Origin: Antedon mediterranea
Lineage: Eukaryota; Animalia; Echinodermata
Reading direction: 5' to 3'
DNA length: 64,000 bases
Assembly (NCBI RefSeq): GCF_964355755.1
Contig: NC_092676.1
Span: 14,464,871 to 14,528,870, forward strand
Below the pieces are notes generated by a model that ran no database searches, was not told the origin of the DNA, and saw only the letters and a list, made by a program, of their open reading frames with translations. The translations under genes and the position numbers were made by a program. Shown one piece after another: positions 1 through 12,700 of this stretch (positions are counted from its first letter, which is position 1; each line of letters begins with the position of its first letter).

Positions 1-134
1 GGACTAGGCAACAGTACTGATTTAAATTAAAACTTTTAAAGGTTTTTACATTAATGGGATAGTGTTTAACTGTTAGGAACTGTCTGTGGCCGCAAGATAC
101 AAAATGTGTTACAATGTCTTCCTTTTTTATGCAG

Positions 135-198
135 ACTCTTTGTTGTACATTCAGGTGGTTTAGAAAAACAGATCATCCAATACATGGATTAATAGCAG
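135..198 (+). CDS. TMEM135: TMEM135 internal coding exon (gene starts upstream of window)
   Basis: ttttatgcag| acceptor, |gtaagt donor. Encodes TLCCTFRWFRKTDHPIHGLIA(G), resembling TMEM135 '[21 protein letters not shown]'; ends in phase 1, matching the next exon. Confidence 0.88.
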
Positions 199-1968
199 GT
201 AAGTCAATTTGGTGTTGTACCTGCAGTAGGATGTTCCTTTTTTATATTATATTTTAAATATGAGCAGCTTGCCAATATTTTCAGTGTATGTTGTAAGGTG
301 CTTTCGGTAAATTATTTAAACCGACAAGAACCGTTTAGATTTTGACCATCATTTAGGCGTGTTTGACATCAACTGTTCTAATTAGTTCATCTAATTCATG
401 AGATAGACCACATCAAAGATAGTGTAGTAGGAAGATGTCACGCTTCGCTTAAAAATTAGAGAACCTCTCACGACGAGTAGGTATAGACGAATCCAAAACA
501 TGAGGATCGCACTACGAAAATGGTATGTTTGGAAATAAATTGTAAAAATAATCCAGAAAAAACATCAAACTTCTATTTTTTTGTTTTTTATTATACAAAG
601 ATAAAAAATAATATGATGTTTTCATACTGTTTTTAAATCTTTTTAATTGTCAATACATTTATTTGGAGTGATTTTTAGAATGACATAACTGTAAACACTT
701 TTGGTTCCATTTCTTTCCGTACCCAACTTTATTTGGCTAGGATTTATCAATATTATATGCATTTTTAGTAGGTTCTGTAATGCAATGTGTAAATATTTAT
801 TTGTGTGCTTTTTCCCAATGTGTGTTGTGTTTTTTGTTATAGTAATAGACTTTGCATTTAATTCTGTGTGTTTAAATTGACATGCTTGGTTAGTCAACTT
901 TGTTCTTTGACCAAGACTTCGTACAATATTGCCTTGACAACGACTTATTCCACGTAGCAGCGCTATACAATCTTTGGTATAACTGGCTAATCTAGCTAAA
1001 CCGGTAGCCTAGCCTATATACTTCATGAAATGTGCATAAATAACAGGTCACACTGACACAATGGACAAATAGTTCTGGGCATGCACAAAGCAATTACTTT
1101 GTTATGTAATCGAGGCATTTGATGTAAGGTTTGTGAGTTTTCCATGTAATTTCACTGTACCCTGGTTCAATTAATACAAAATGTCTGCGGTCGTGTTGTA
1201 AATACATGTTGACTTGTAAACTTGGCATAAAAAGTGATTTAAGAATTGAAACTCGGGAAGTTTAAAAATGTGTCGGGGATGGGGGTTTGCTGTAACGCCG
1301 AGAGTTTACATGTTTGTAAATTTCTAAGACTTGCAAATGAATTGTAAAAATGTTATCATCCTTTAAATAGTCCACATGTGTGAGGAAGAGGGAAAAAAGT
1401 ATGATCGTTTTGCTCATTGGTAGCATGCTGCATAAGAGTGTCTTTTCTGGCCAATTAGATAGCCGTTTATCATGAATGTTATGTGCAAAAGTACCATTTC
1501 CGGCCATCTAAGGGTGTCATTTAACAAAATTCAGGGGGGAAGGGGGGGAGAGGCAGTGACCCAAATACTTAGTGTTCGTAACAGTTTGAAAGATATATTG
1601 TCTCCCTAAAAAATGTTTTTCAAATTTGCTTTTGAATGGGTCGTTTTAATGTCACAAAAAACTGATCAGAAAAAAAAATGTACCTGAAAAAAATGTAATT
1701 TAAAGCAAAAAATACTTCAATGGCCAGTGAGGTGCTATAAAGGGACACTCAAGTGTGAACAAAGTGTATACTATTACAAACAAATCTTTTTAGTATGGAC
1801 TGTTTGATCATAATTCAATGATTATCAGCCTAGATTGACAGTCAAATGGGAGTCATTTGACAGTAAATTTATTAAAAGGTTCATCTGGATCACTGTATAG
1901 TATATTAAATAGTAAATTTTCTTTTGGATGATCCAAAGTCGAATAAAATTTGTAAACTTACGTTTTTT

Positions 1969-2010
1969 ACTCTAGCTTTCGCTGGTCAACAACGCAGCTT
2001 AATCATGAGT
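1969..2010 (-). ncRNA. Variant minimal type I hammerhead ribozyme motif (PLE-1 left arm)
   Basis: Minus strand: ACTC-ATGATTA-AGCTG...CAGC-GAAA-GC-TA-GAGT. Stems I and II pair, but the core is ATGATTA instead of CTGANGA. Confidence 0.55.
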
Positions 2011-3154
2011 GAGTCTCTGTGACTTGGACTTGTTACCATTAGATCTCGTATATGGTATAGCACCATCTATAGATCGTTAAGGTTTTCCCAAATGGGATTG
2101 TCGGGGCCTCTCATTCCAGAAGGATCTGCAGAACATCTTAACTCACACTTAAACACAATTGACAAAACAGGTAACATAAAATTTACAACTGAGCATATAT
2201 CTAACAATACATTACCTTTCTTAGACATCATAATTAGACTGAACAATGGAGACCTGACGACGACAGTTTACAGAAAAAAGAACCACACAGACCAATACTT
2301 AAATTTTCACTCCTGCCATCCATTGGAACATAAGTTAAGTGTGGTTAACACTCTGGTTGACAGATGTTAAAAAGTTGTCACTAAAAAAGACGAGAAACTA
2401 ACAGAAATGAAAAAGATCAAACATGCGCTCGTTGGGTGCGAGTACCCTAATTGGTCCATGGACAAGATAATCCAAAAAAGATCAGAGAAAGGAAAACAAA
2501 ATGTCAAACAAAAAACAAAAGATACAACCAACAAAAACAAAGGTAACATAGGGATACCTTACATACCAAGAATATCAGAAAGAATTAGACGCTGCTTATC
2601 TAGTTACAATGTCAACACTTATTTTACTCCACAAAACAAATTAAGAAATCTTTTAGTTCACCCAAAAGACAAAATAAAAAATGATGACAAATCTGGTGTA
2701 ATATTATATACCAAGTAAATTGCAACAACTGCAAAAAAGCATATATAGGAGAAACAGCCAGAACCTTATCCACAAGGATAAAAGAACACAAAGCAGATGT
2801 CACTTCACATTGTACAGGGATCCTAACACGTTCAGCCAGAAATTCAGCTTCAGAAATTGTTCACAACTCAGCCATCACCGATCACATGACCACTCACACT
2901 CATTTACCAAATTGGAACGTAAAAATACTGGACACAGAATCGTCATGGAAAGGAAAATAAAAGAATCAATAAAAATAAGAAAACATGGTAACACTATGAA
3001 CAGAGACGACGGCGGTTTGGAACTCCCAAAATTGTACAACAACTTACTAAAGAGGAGGCCCCGGCAATCCCATTTGGGAAAACCTGAACGATCTATAGAT
3101 GGCGCTATACCATATACGAGATCTAATGGTAACAAGTCCAAGTCACAGAGACTC

Positions 3155-3196
3155 ACTCATGATTAAGCTGCGTCGTTGACTAGCGAAAGCTAGAGT
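3155..3196 (+). ncRNA. Variant minimal type I hammerhead ribozyme motif (PLE-1 right arm)
   Basis: ACTC-ATGATTA-AGCTG-CGTCGTTGAC-TAGC-GAAA-GC-TA-GAGT, followed by GTAAGT at 3204. Position matches PLE pLTR hammerheads; the core has two deviations. Confidence 0.55.
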
Positions 3197-3565
3197 AAAA
3201 AACGTAAGTTTACGAATTTTATTCGACTTTGGATCATCCAAAAGAAAATTTACTATTTAATATGATAGTAAATTATTATAATACCGGAAGACTGACAGCA
3301 ATTTATTTTAAAAGATTAGATCAAACAAAAATTATTTACCTGAAAAACACTGTAATTTAAAGCAAAAAAAAAGCTGCCAACCAGCCAATGGATTTTTGGT
3401 TAAATTTAACTTTTTTCATTTTATAAGTGAAAACATTATTTTTTTGGACTTTATTAAAACTGCAAAATACCCTATTCAAAGTCTGATTTAATCAATCTTC
3501 ATTTTTCATGTTTTGGAAGGACAATACATCTTTAAATTAAACCAGATTGTTTGATTATTTTGTAG

Positions 3566-3642
3566 GATTTGCTGCAGGTCTCTCAAGTGTTTTCTACAGA
3601 AGTACTACTACAACACTCTATTTTCTTTTAAAGATTCTACAG
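3566..3642 (+). CDS. TMEM135: TMEM135 internal coding exon
   Basis: ttttgtag| ... |gtttga. Encodes (G)FAAGLSSVFYRSTTTTLYFLLKILQ, resembling TMEM135 '[26 protein letters not shown]'; phase 1 in, phase 0 out. Confidence 0.9.
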
Positions 3643-4238
3643 GTTTGAATAATTTTGCTTTATACTTTATTGTTTGAAAAGACACATTGAAATTTTAGTC
3701 ATTCTTGTTATCTTAGATGGACTTGGAGCTGTTTCTGCTGCATAGAAATAACTTAAAATTGGTGTGATAAATTAACTCCATTTTCTTGGGAGCAGAATAA
3801 CTTTTAGCTGACAAAAAACGATTATTGATTTACAGTGCTGACCCCGAGTCAACTACACTGCAGTAACGTTTGAATTAACTGCCAGGACCAATTGCATTTT
3901 GGGTAATTCTAACGATTTTTGTCAATTATTTAACTGGTTATTTCAGAGCACAAATTGAGCAGAAACGTGGTCTTATTATTTTATTTATTTCGTTATGCAG
4001 CAGAAACAGACCCTTTGATACAGTCATGTTTTTTACATATAGTGCGTGTCGACTTTGTACACATCGCACATGTTCAATACATATCACGCGTGTCGTGTTT
4101 TTTGCACATCGCTCACGTCACGTTTACACATCTAAATCAAATATAAATAAAATTTGTTTGAAAAATAGGCCTAATGTCAGCCATGGAATTAATGTTTACC
4201 TGTTTACTTCTGAGTTTTCGAAATATTTTTTTAATTAA

Positions 4239-6678
4239 AGGAGCCTCTCAGAATAAGTTGACCCGTATCTGACAAGTCGGACCGTCGGCCACGCGTAGTA
4301 ATGCAAAAAATAAACAACTTAATTCAGTCGCGGCAAAGACCGTGCAAGTATAAAATTGATAACAATTGTATAGAACCTTCCATTTTATAAAATAGGGGTA
4401 AAATGTACACACGCACACGATTGTTTTTATAGTACTATGTAGGGCCTACTGTACGTACAAAATTCGGAAAGTTAATGTGGGTTCGTTTTTTCAAGACCTT
4501 TGATTAATGTCCAGACAAAATTACTTCATGAAAAAGTCATGTCTGTGAAGTTGGTTACTAGTTCCTAGTTCCTAGTTCCTTATTCAAATTCAATTAAAGG
4601 GACAGTCACAATTTTTTTTAAAATAAGATTTTAATACGTAATAACTGTCTTAATTGAGTTGTTATTGCATCAACATGTTAGCCTTGACCTCCTCTCCTTC
4701 TTCTGGTCCAAGTTCAATAACATTTTATGCATTTACGCCCTCTACGGCGAATAAGTAACTGGCTTTTACGAACGTTATAACACTTGACCTACTTAATTTT
4801 TTCAAAATATTTTGGTATGGATCGATGACCCTTGACCTACTCTACCATTTGCCACCCCAGTTCCGCAAACTTTTTTGCGTCTACGCCCTCTACGGCGAAT
4901 TAGTAACTGGCTTTACAAACGTTATAACACTTGACCTACTTAATATTTTGAAAATATTTTGGCATAGATCGATGACCCTTGACCTACTCTACCATTTGCC
5001 ACCCCAGTTCCGCAAACTTTTTTGCGTCTACGCCCTCTACGGCGAATAAGTAACTGGCTTTTACAAACGTTACCGGTATAACACTTGACCTACTTAATTT
5101 TTACAAAATATTTTGGTATGAATCGATCACCCTTGACCTACTCTACCATTTGCCACCCCAGTTCCACGAACTTTTTTGCGTCTACGCCCTCTACGGCAAA
5201 TAAGTATCTGGCTTTTACAAACGTTATAACACTTGACCTACTAAATTTTTTTTAAATATTTTGGTATGAATCGATCACCCTTGACCTACTCTACCATTTG
5301 CCACCCCAGTTCCGCGAACTTTTTTGCGTCTACGCCCTCTACGGCGAATAAGTAACTGGCTGTTACGAACGTTATAACACTTGACCTACTTAATTTTTTC
5401 AAAATATTTTGGTATGATCGATCACACTTGACCTACTCTACCATTTGCCACCCTATTTCCGCGAATTGTTTTGCATCTACGCCCTCTACGGCGAATAAGT
5501 AACTGGCTTTACGAACGTTATAACACTTGACCTACTTAATTTTTTCAAAATATTTTGGTATGAATCGATGACCCTTGACCTACTTTACCATTTGCCACCC
5601 CAGTTCCGCGAACCTTTTTGCGTCTACGCCCTGGAAATTGCATTTGCTCACTTATCACATAAAAATATCGTATAAAAATATCATATAAAAATAAAGTATA
5701 AAATGTAGAATAACAATATAAAAATACACAATGATTAAGATAGTACATCATAAAATCACAGTTCATAAATATTTAAGTTAAAAATAAAGATCATTACAAA
5801 ACGGTTTAAAAAGTGTCTTATATTTCATTATTAATTATATATTATATTATTATTATTGTTATCAAAATTATTGTAGTTACCTCTTAAAGTCATCGTTAAA
5901 TTTTTTAATCCCAGCTGGGAGAAACGAACTTGAGTATCGACCCGTCCGCGCCACCACCGGCCTCAGTCTACCACTTCTACCAGTGTGGCAGCGAGCCAAT
6001 CACTCCTAATGCCCTTTCTAACACCTTACATATGTAGTAATGCAAAAAATAAACAACTTAATTCAGTCGCGGCAAAGACCGTGCAAGTATAAAATTGATA
6101 ACAATTGTATAGAACCTTCCATTTTATAAAATAGGGGTAAAATGTACACACGCACACGATTGTTTTTATAGTACTATGTAGGGCCTACTGTACGTACAAA
6201 ATTTGGAAAGTTAATGTGGGTTCGTTTTTTCAAGACCTTTGATTAAAGTTCAGACAAAATTACTTCATGAAAAAGTCATTGAATCGAGCGTTATTTTTGT
6301 CAACAAATCACCACTTGCTTGTATTGAGCTAGCATGGAACAACGGACAATATACTCAAGGGTATTAATGTGTGACAGCCAAGATTCGGCACTTCGATCGT
6401 TATTCATGCAACGCAGTAAAACTGAAAGTTGTTGCTACATACAGGTTATGCCTTAACCTCATGGGCCGACCGCCGATGTAGACATACAGCGGTAGAGTAG
6501 GCCTAGTTCTAGTATTAAAACAATCACGAGTTAAAACTGTGATTTATTTATTTGTTTTGCCAAGCATTGTTGTGCACCATATATTTAACGTTATCGATAA
6601 TGGTTTAATGTTTATGGTTTATTCAACCAGGTTAATAGCAGCGCGCGGATACGAGTCAACTTATTCTTAGAGGCTCCC
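4239..6678. mobile_element. Non-autonomous Kolobok-like DNA transposon with internal duplication and inserted segment
   Basis: TTAA|AGGAGCCTCTCAGAATAAGTTGACCCGTATC ... GATACGAGTCAACTTATTCTTAGAGGCTCCC|TAA: ~30-bp TIRs with AGG start at a TTAA-like site. Confidence 0.7.
4684..5632. repeat. ~147-bp tandem repeat, ~6.5 copies
   Basis: Unit start ttgacctactctaccatttgccaccccag recurs at ~4833, 4979, 5133, 5281, 5428 and 5575. Confidence 0.95.
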
Positions 6679-7917
6679 TAAACAAAATTTAAAATGGGCA
6701 AAATTACATACATACATACTTGTACATTTCGGGTCATTTAAAGGATTTCAAAATGTTCTACATTTTTTTGCGTTTTGTGCATGCACTTGTGCGCTCAGCT
6801 CGTACAAAGTGTACAAAAATGGTTTTTGCAATTGATTTTGTTTTTCATACCTTCTGAAGAATAGGTAATTTAATGCAAATTTGTGCATAAATATACCTAT
6901 TTTTAATCAGTTATAGCTCCTCAGGATGGCTGGTTAATCCCATTTCAAAAAAATGTTTTATGGAAGCTAATGAGTTGTAGATATCAATTCATGTACAATT
7001 TGTACCTACAAGATGTTCTGACGTCACCATATGGGCACTTGAATTTTAAAATTTATTTTTATATTTTAATCTGTTATGGAAATTTTGTCTAAATGATCCA
7101 TGGTCTGTGTATACTGATAAAATGTTGACCAGACGTTAACCTAGAGTAGGTTCTATGTTACAAATATTTCAAAGATTATGGGTAGTATTTTCGTTTCTTT
7201 GGAATATCATTTTGATTTGTCTGTTAAAGCATTACTTCTAACCTATCAATTATAGCGCGGGAGGTTGAATGATTGTTTCGGAAGCCGTATTGCCAATCAT
7301 TTAGTATATTGTGTGTTTTAAAGTAATTATACAATCAAGAATGGACTATCTGTTCAAAGATTTTAGAAAAAGTTGGTAGTAGTGATATCGGGCGATAATT
7401 CAAGACTAATTGACGTTCCCCTTTTTTATATGGGATTACTTTACTTACTTTATCTGTTCAGGTATTAAGCCGAAAATGAAGAGATAGGTTAAATATGTAA
7501 GTCAAGGGCTTTACAACCCGGATTTACTATATCATTTATAATATTCCAGGTTTTTTTTTTAATTTCCTATAGTATTGTTAAAAACATTTTCATAATATGA
7601 TTTCTTTCATTTTCATTAAATTTATTTCACCAACTGAGTCATCATGACCACACCAGCATTCAGTTCATCATGGATACTGTTTTTGAAGGGAGACTTGGCC
7701 AATTTGAACCTACCAAGTGCTGACCCAAGTCTACCTGGCGTCTTTAATTCGGTTACGGTATGGATGAGTCATGTATTCATGGATCACGAAATAATGTCAT
7801 CTACTCCTGGTATCACAAATCAACCTAGAATAACACCTATGCAAATAGCTCAAACACAATCAGAAGAATTCTTAAAGAACTCAAAAGTAGAATTAACACT
7901 CTTAAGCTTCCTTCAGC

Positions 7918-8450
7918 TCAAACTAAATGATAAATCACCATCTGAAAACCAAATTGATTGCACCAAGCCTGTTGTATAGCTGATTTCTTTACAGAGTTGG
8001 TTATTTCGTGGATCACTATACAATCCGTTTCATCGAGTACATTTCCAATTTGATCGTTAGTGTATGCGTGTATAATGCTTACATCTGCTCTTGGTAAAAC
8101 ACAACTTGCTTTAAGTTTTTTAAGGTGAGAATTTCCTATGTAGTAGTACAGATGGGTTTTCAGAGGCTCGATGTGTGTCATTATTTTTCATAAGACTTTG
8201 TGCGTACGACACTTTCTGACTGATTGATTAACAATTTGGAGGTCTGATGCGTCAATGGCAACTTGGGTTAATTTTGCTTAGTTTCCCTTGCTTTTTCTGT
8301 TTGTTTATTTCTGTCTGTAGTTTGTTCTGAAGATTTGTTATTTGTTTCGCTTGACATGTATGACAACATTAGCTGTTAGTTTTTTGTCTCTTTCTGTTTT
8401 ATTGATTTTTTTCTTAAATTTTTTCCATTTCTACCCTAATTTTATATAGG
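7918..8450 (-). mobile_element. Possible decayed LINE ORF1 remnant (SGNH/esterase-like)
   Basis: YYYIGNSHLKKL...DCIVIHEITNSV resembles SGNH blocks I and III of L2/CR1-group ORF1s; heavily decayed, boundaries approximate. Confidence 0.35.
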
Positions 8451-8689
8451 CCGGTAGCGTTGGGTTGTCTGTTGTTTTCGGTGTACCATAGCTCCTGTCT
8501 TGGGAGTTTTATTTTGGCCTTTAGTTTAGTGTTTTCAATGAGGATGTTATTATTGTCTTTAAACAGGATTTTGAGTAGTTCATATTCTTGAGAAACCGGT
8601 AATAATATCGGGGGAAATTTCGTTGATTGGAATAATTCACTTAATATGATTTATGTGTGAGACATATTTTTGTACATTTGAAAACCCAA

Positions 8690-11600
8690 TCCTTTTTTTG
8701 TCTTATGTGGGGTCATAGAATGGAATGGTCCTTGACCACATATCTATCTATATATTCATTTTGGTAAAGATCTTGTAATTACTTTTTGAGAAATCCTGCT
8801 AACAAACGCGATCAATAACATATACCTCCTTGGCGAAGGTAAACAAGAATAATCAACAAGCGCCTGATTTTCTTTGTTACAAGAGTTTAACATTAAAATT
8901 ATACCAAAAGGACGCTTTTTTTCACAGTGCCTTTCATCTTCTATTGCTATGTTACATCTGTCACATATATCTGAATCATAGATACAACATAAAATTCTTC
9001 TATGCAACAATTTAAAATTAAATTGTGCAATTTTACTTATGTTTTTCGTACAATATACTTTTCTATGCCATGTTGTATTCCAATCAAAAGATTATAAATT
9101 AAGATCTCTTTTCCATTTCGTTTGAACATTTGGTTCTGTGGATTTATCCCTTGTAAAAGCGTTTTTAGCATATAAGTCATATTTTTTCACTTATACTACC
9201 TGAATATTATCTTTAACATTAAAAATGTCTTGGAATTGCTTGTTTTAAACAAAAATATTCAACAATCCAGTTCTTTGATGTCTTAATTTCTTGTAAAGAC
9301 TTAAAAGAGTTGTTGTTAACAATATCACTAATTTGTGTAATTCCAGAATCAATCCAGTTTTGATTATATAAAGATTTATTGTTTAGCACAATATATTTGT
9401 TGCCTCACAAAATCTGTTTATTAATTTCATCTATACTTTGTGGTTCAGTGTAAAAATAATTATTATATTGTGTACAAATTGATATAATTTCTTTATAGAA
9501 ATTTGGAATATAAGTTAAAAACTCGTTTTTATTATCTATTTGCAAAATTTCAGATAAGTATTTAACAGGATGTAAAAAAAAAGCGGAATACACTTCCACT
9601 TTCCTGGATCGGAAAGTAACCGCTTTATCCAATTTAATTTTAATGATTTAACAACTGAATTAAAATCAGTTAGTTTTATACCTCCGTGTCTAATTTCTTG
9701 AAACATAATATCTCTTTTTATTTTTTCTCCTTTTCCATTCCAAATGAACTTTAAAATAATACTGTTAACCTCATTTACAATATTTTTGGGTACCTCTATA
9801 TTATACTAGCATTATAGACTAGTTTGAAGAGTGCCAGTGTTTTTATCACCATTACTTTACCAAAAATACTTAAATTTCTTTTTAACACATTTTCAAAAAT
9901 GTCAATCTTTTCAACCCAGTTTTTTTTGTGGCATTTTGTTTTATCATAACCAACAAAAACACCTAAGAATTTGACAGGCTCATCAACCCATTGTATTGCA
10001 AAAGGTTTATGAACGTTGCTTTTTGAAGATCCTATCCACATTCCTTTTGTTTTTTATTTTGTTAATTGACATTCCTGCAACCTTACAAATCAAGTCTATT
10101 GTATTTAAACAAGCTTCAATACGCATTTCATCCCTAACAAAAATTATAGTATCATCTGCTAACTGAGGAATTTTTAATTCCTGTTTATCATTACCGGTAT
10201 ACCCTTTTGAAGGCAGTATAATACCTTTAAAATGAATATTGTTTCTTATATTGATAGCCATTGGCTCTACAGCTATTAAAAAAAAGTAATGCCGAAAGAG
10301 GGCATCCTTGTATCTATTATGGTTAATTCTGACATAGGCGAGCGCAATGGAAAAACTTCGGTATAAATCTCCGCCTTGGATACCTACCTTATCTATCTTA
10401 GATGTACAGTGAAACGTAGATTTGATAACATTAGTTTTCAGAACTACGCTATTGTTCCATATTTCTATCTTAGGAAGATATTATAAATGTTTTTTTTTAT
10501 TTCATCAGTATATTTTCAATTCAATTTCAATTGTACGCGGGTCGAAGTAATTTCCGGGTTAACGATAAGTTCACACATTCACCCTCCAACTTCCTGGTTT
10601 CAACAAAGTTGGCCGTTAGTGGCTATATAGCCATTTTAGCAAAGTAAATCTGGACTTAAATCATAATGATTTTTTTTACACTGTTATTATCTTAATAATG
10701 ATTAACAAATTCTTCATCATTTAATAAGCTATTAATAAGTTTTCATATTCCAGGACCCTTTTTTTCTTGATTTGTCTGAATTTTAAGTGATATTGCTAGA
10801 TGGTCAGAACAAATAGCAGGTCTGATATCAGTACTAACTATTTCACCATTTTTGCACAGAGTTTGAAATGCATCAAAAATCTAGTCTTCTATAAACATTT
10901 TTCCGTCTCATGTATATTGAGATTTACCAATATCATTATTTATCTACCATATCTATGAGGTTGTGTTTATACATACAATTTTTGGTGAATTGTCAAAATA
11001 GTTTGCACTGTATTTTTGGTCAATATTACATTCTAATATGCAGTTCATGTCTCCTCCCATTATTATTATACTGCTTTTTTATATTACATAAACAATTAAT
11101 TTTCTTCTCAAGCTTTGTAAAAAATAAAGCTATTTCTTTATAATTGTTTGGTGCATAAATATTAATTAAATTTAAAACTGTACTTTTGTGTTTAAAGCTT
11201 ACAATAAGTATTCTGCCTTCTGCGTCAACATATTTTATGTTAAAATCTTCTAAATCTAAGCCTGGGTTAAATAGAATGGATACACCTCTGCTATTTGTTT
11301 TTTCCAAAACTATTACTAAAACTAAAGATACCAAACTCCTTTGCATATTTTATTATAAACATTAAAATTGGCTTTGTCAAAATGTGTTTCTTGAATTATA
11401 TCAGTTTTTTTGCTCTTCAAACCAAACCTTTCTTCTCTTAAACCATTAACATTCAAAGAGATTAGTTGTAGGGGCCGATTTTTATTTTGTTGTTTTCCTT
11501 CCATTATTATATATTTTTTCTTTGTTTTATCTTTTAAAAAAAATATCAATTTACTGTACTTTATAATACATATTTTTAAAAAAAGGTGTCATTGTAAACA

Positions 11601-12700
11601 TAACACCATCTTTTAACTTACGGAGTTCGATTTTTTCTCTTTCTTTTCCAGTTATTTTCACCACTTTATTTTCTTTCTTTTGTCTAGCCGCTGCAACAAG
11701 TTCATATTTGTCTTGTTCTGGTACAATATTTGTGGCAAAGTCTGTAATCGGTCGCATTCCTTTCGTACTTTTTGCTGTTTTTTCTGATGTTTTGTTTTCC
11801 TGATCCTCCTTTTTTTTCACACTCTTTTGCTTTCTTTTTCTCTTTTTTGCTGTTGGAATGCTGTCCTGTCTGTGTGTCGTCATCGCTGTTCTTACCCTTT
11901 TCGATAGCTTCTCTCATTATCTGTTGTACTTTCTCGTCCAGTTCCAAAGAATCGTTGGTATTTGCTTTTTCATTTAAAAACTCTTAACACTTACTTAAGA
12001 CATGTACAATCTTGTTACAGGTATAACATCTTATTTCTTTTAACTTTGTTAGACATTCATATACTTTATGACCTGGCAAATCGATTTAAAGCATTTCTTA
12101 TCACTTTCTGGTCCTTATGAAAAAGCCTTCGGTTTCAACAAACACAGCATGATCTCCATTTAGAAACCGAGAAAGCTTTCCATTTATTCAAAATGTTATG
12201 TATTGCACTTGGCTAATTCCCTTGCATCCAAATGTTTTTGCATCTGTAATCTCCTCATCTCTTACAGACAGAGTTATGTCTTTGATCAACAAGCAGGTTT
12301 TCATGCTTTCTATCATGCACATTAAAGAGTTTACCTTTGATGTTCAGCCCTGATCATGTTATAACCTTTACCCTTTCAGCATGGTCATTAACATATATCC
12401 TCCATCAATTCCTCATTTTTTGGGCTCCGACTAGAAAGTCACAATTTATAACCTGATTCAACGCAAAGAAAATATCCTCTTCCTTAGATCTAATATCTTC
12501 ATCTTTAACAAAGATCGGTTTAACATTATTAATAGTAGGATTACCGTGTTCTAAAGTTGCCATGTCAACTTGTGTTTGACGAAACAATAGGCTTTAATCT
12601 TTGCTTATTGAAGTCTTGTCTATGACCGTTTTAACAAGAACAGAATATCGTATCTTGGCCTGCATAAATTATGTAGAAAAACGAGGCCTAAACCATCCAA
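8690..12700 (-). mobile_element. Decayed Tx1/L1-clade LINE in a TMEM135 intron
   Basis: ORF1 zinc knuckle CYTCNKIVHVLSKC (~11990-12030). APE endonuclease motifs SLNVNGL, QETH, GRILIV, INIYAPN, SDHLAI. RT motifs QGCPLSALLF, QLADDT, KFLGV. C-terminal CxxC..E..H. Many frameshifts and a large internal deletion. Confidence 0.9.
10313..10639 (+). mobile_element. Non-autonomous Helitron-like element inside the Tx1 LINE
   Basis: Begins a|TC; ends with hairpin tggctatatagcca then TTAG. Homologous to 19349-20040. Confidence 0.6.

Larger units (their letters stand above)
1875..3262 (+). mobile_element. Penelope-like retroelement, 5'-truncated, with an inverted 3'-end copy (PLE-1), in a TMEM135 intron
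   Basis: Frameshifted RT C-terminus (LPFLD, HTDQYLNFHSCHP) and GIY-YIG remnant in 2113-3166. ~209-bp inverted arms at 1902-2110 and 3055-3263. Degenerate candidate TSD tgacagtaaatttatta (1858) / tgatagtaaattatta (3263). Confidence 0.88.

Noticed and set aside
4825-5766. Repeat-containing ORFs
   Set aside because: Products of the 147-bp array; the frame is not maintained between units.
4295-6279. LTR retrotransposon or TRIM
   Set aside because: The direct repeats lack TG...CA ends, PBS, PPT and TSD, and are internal sequence of the surrounding TIR element.
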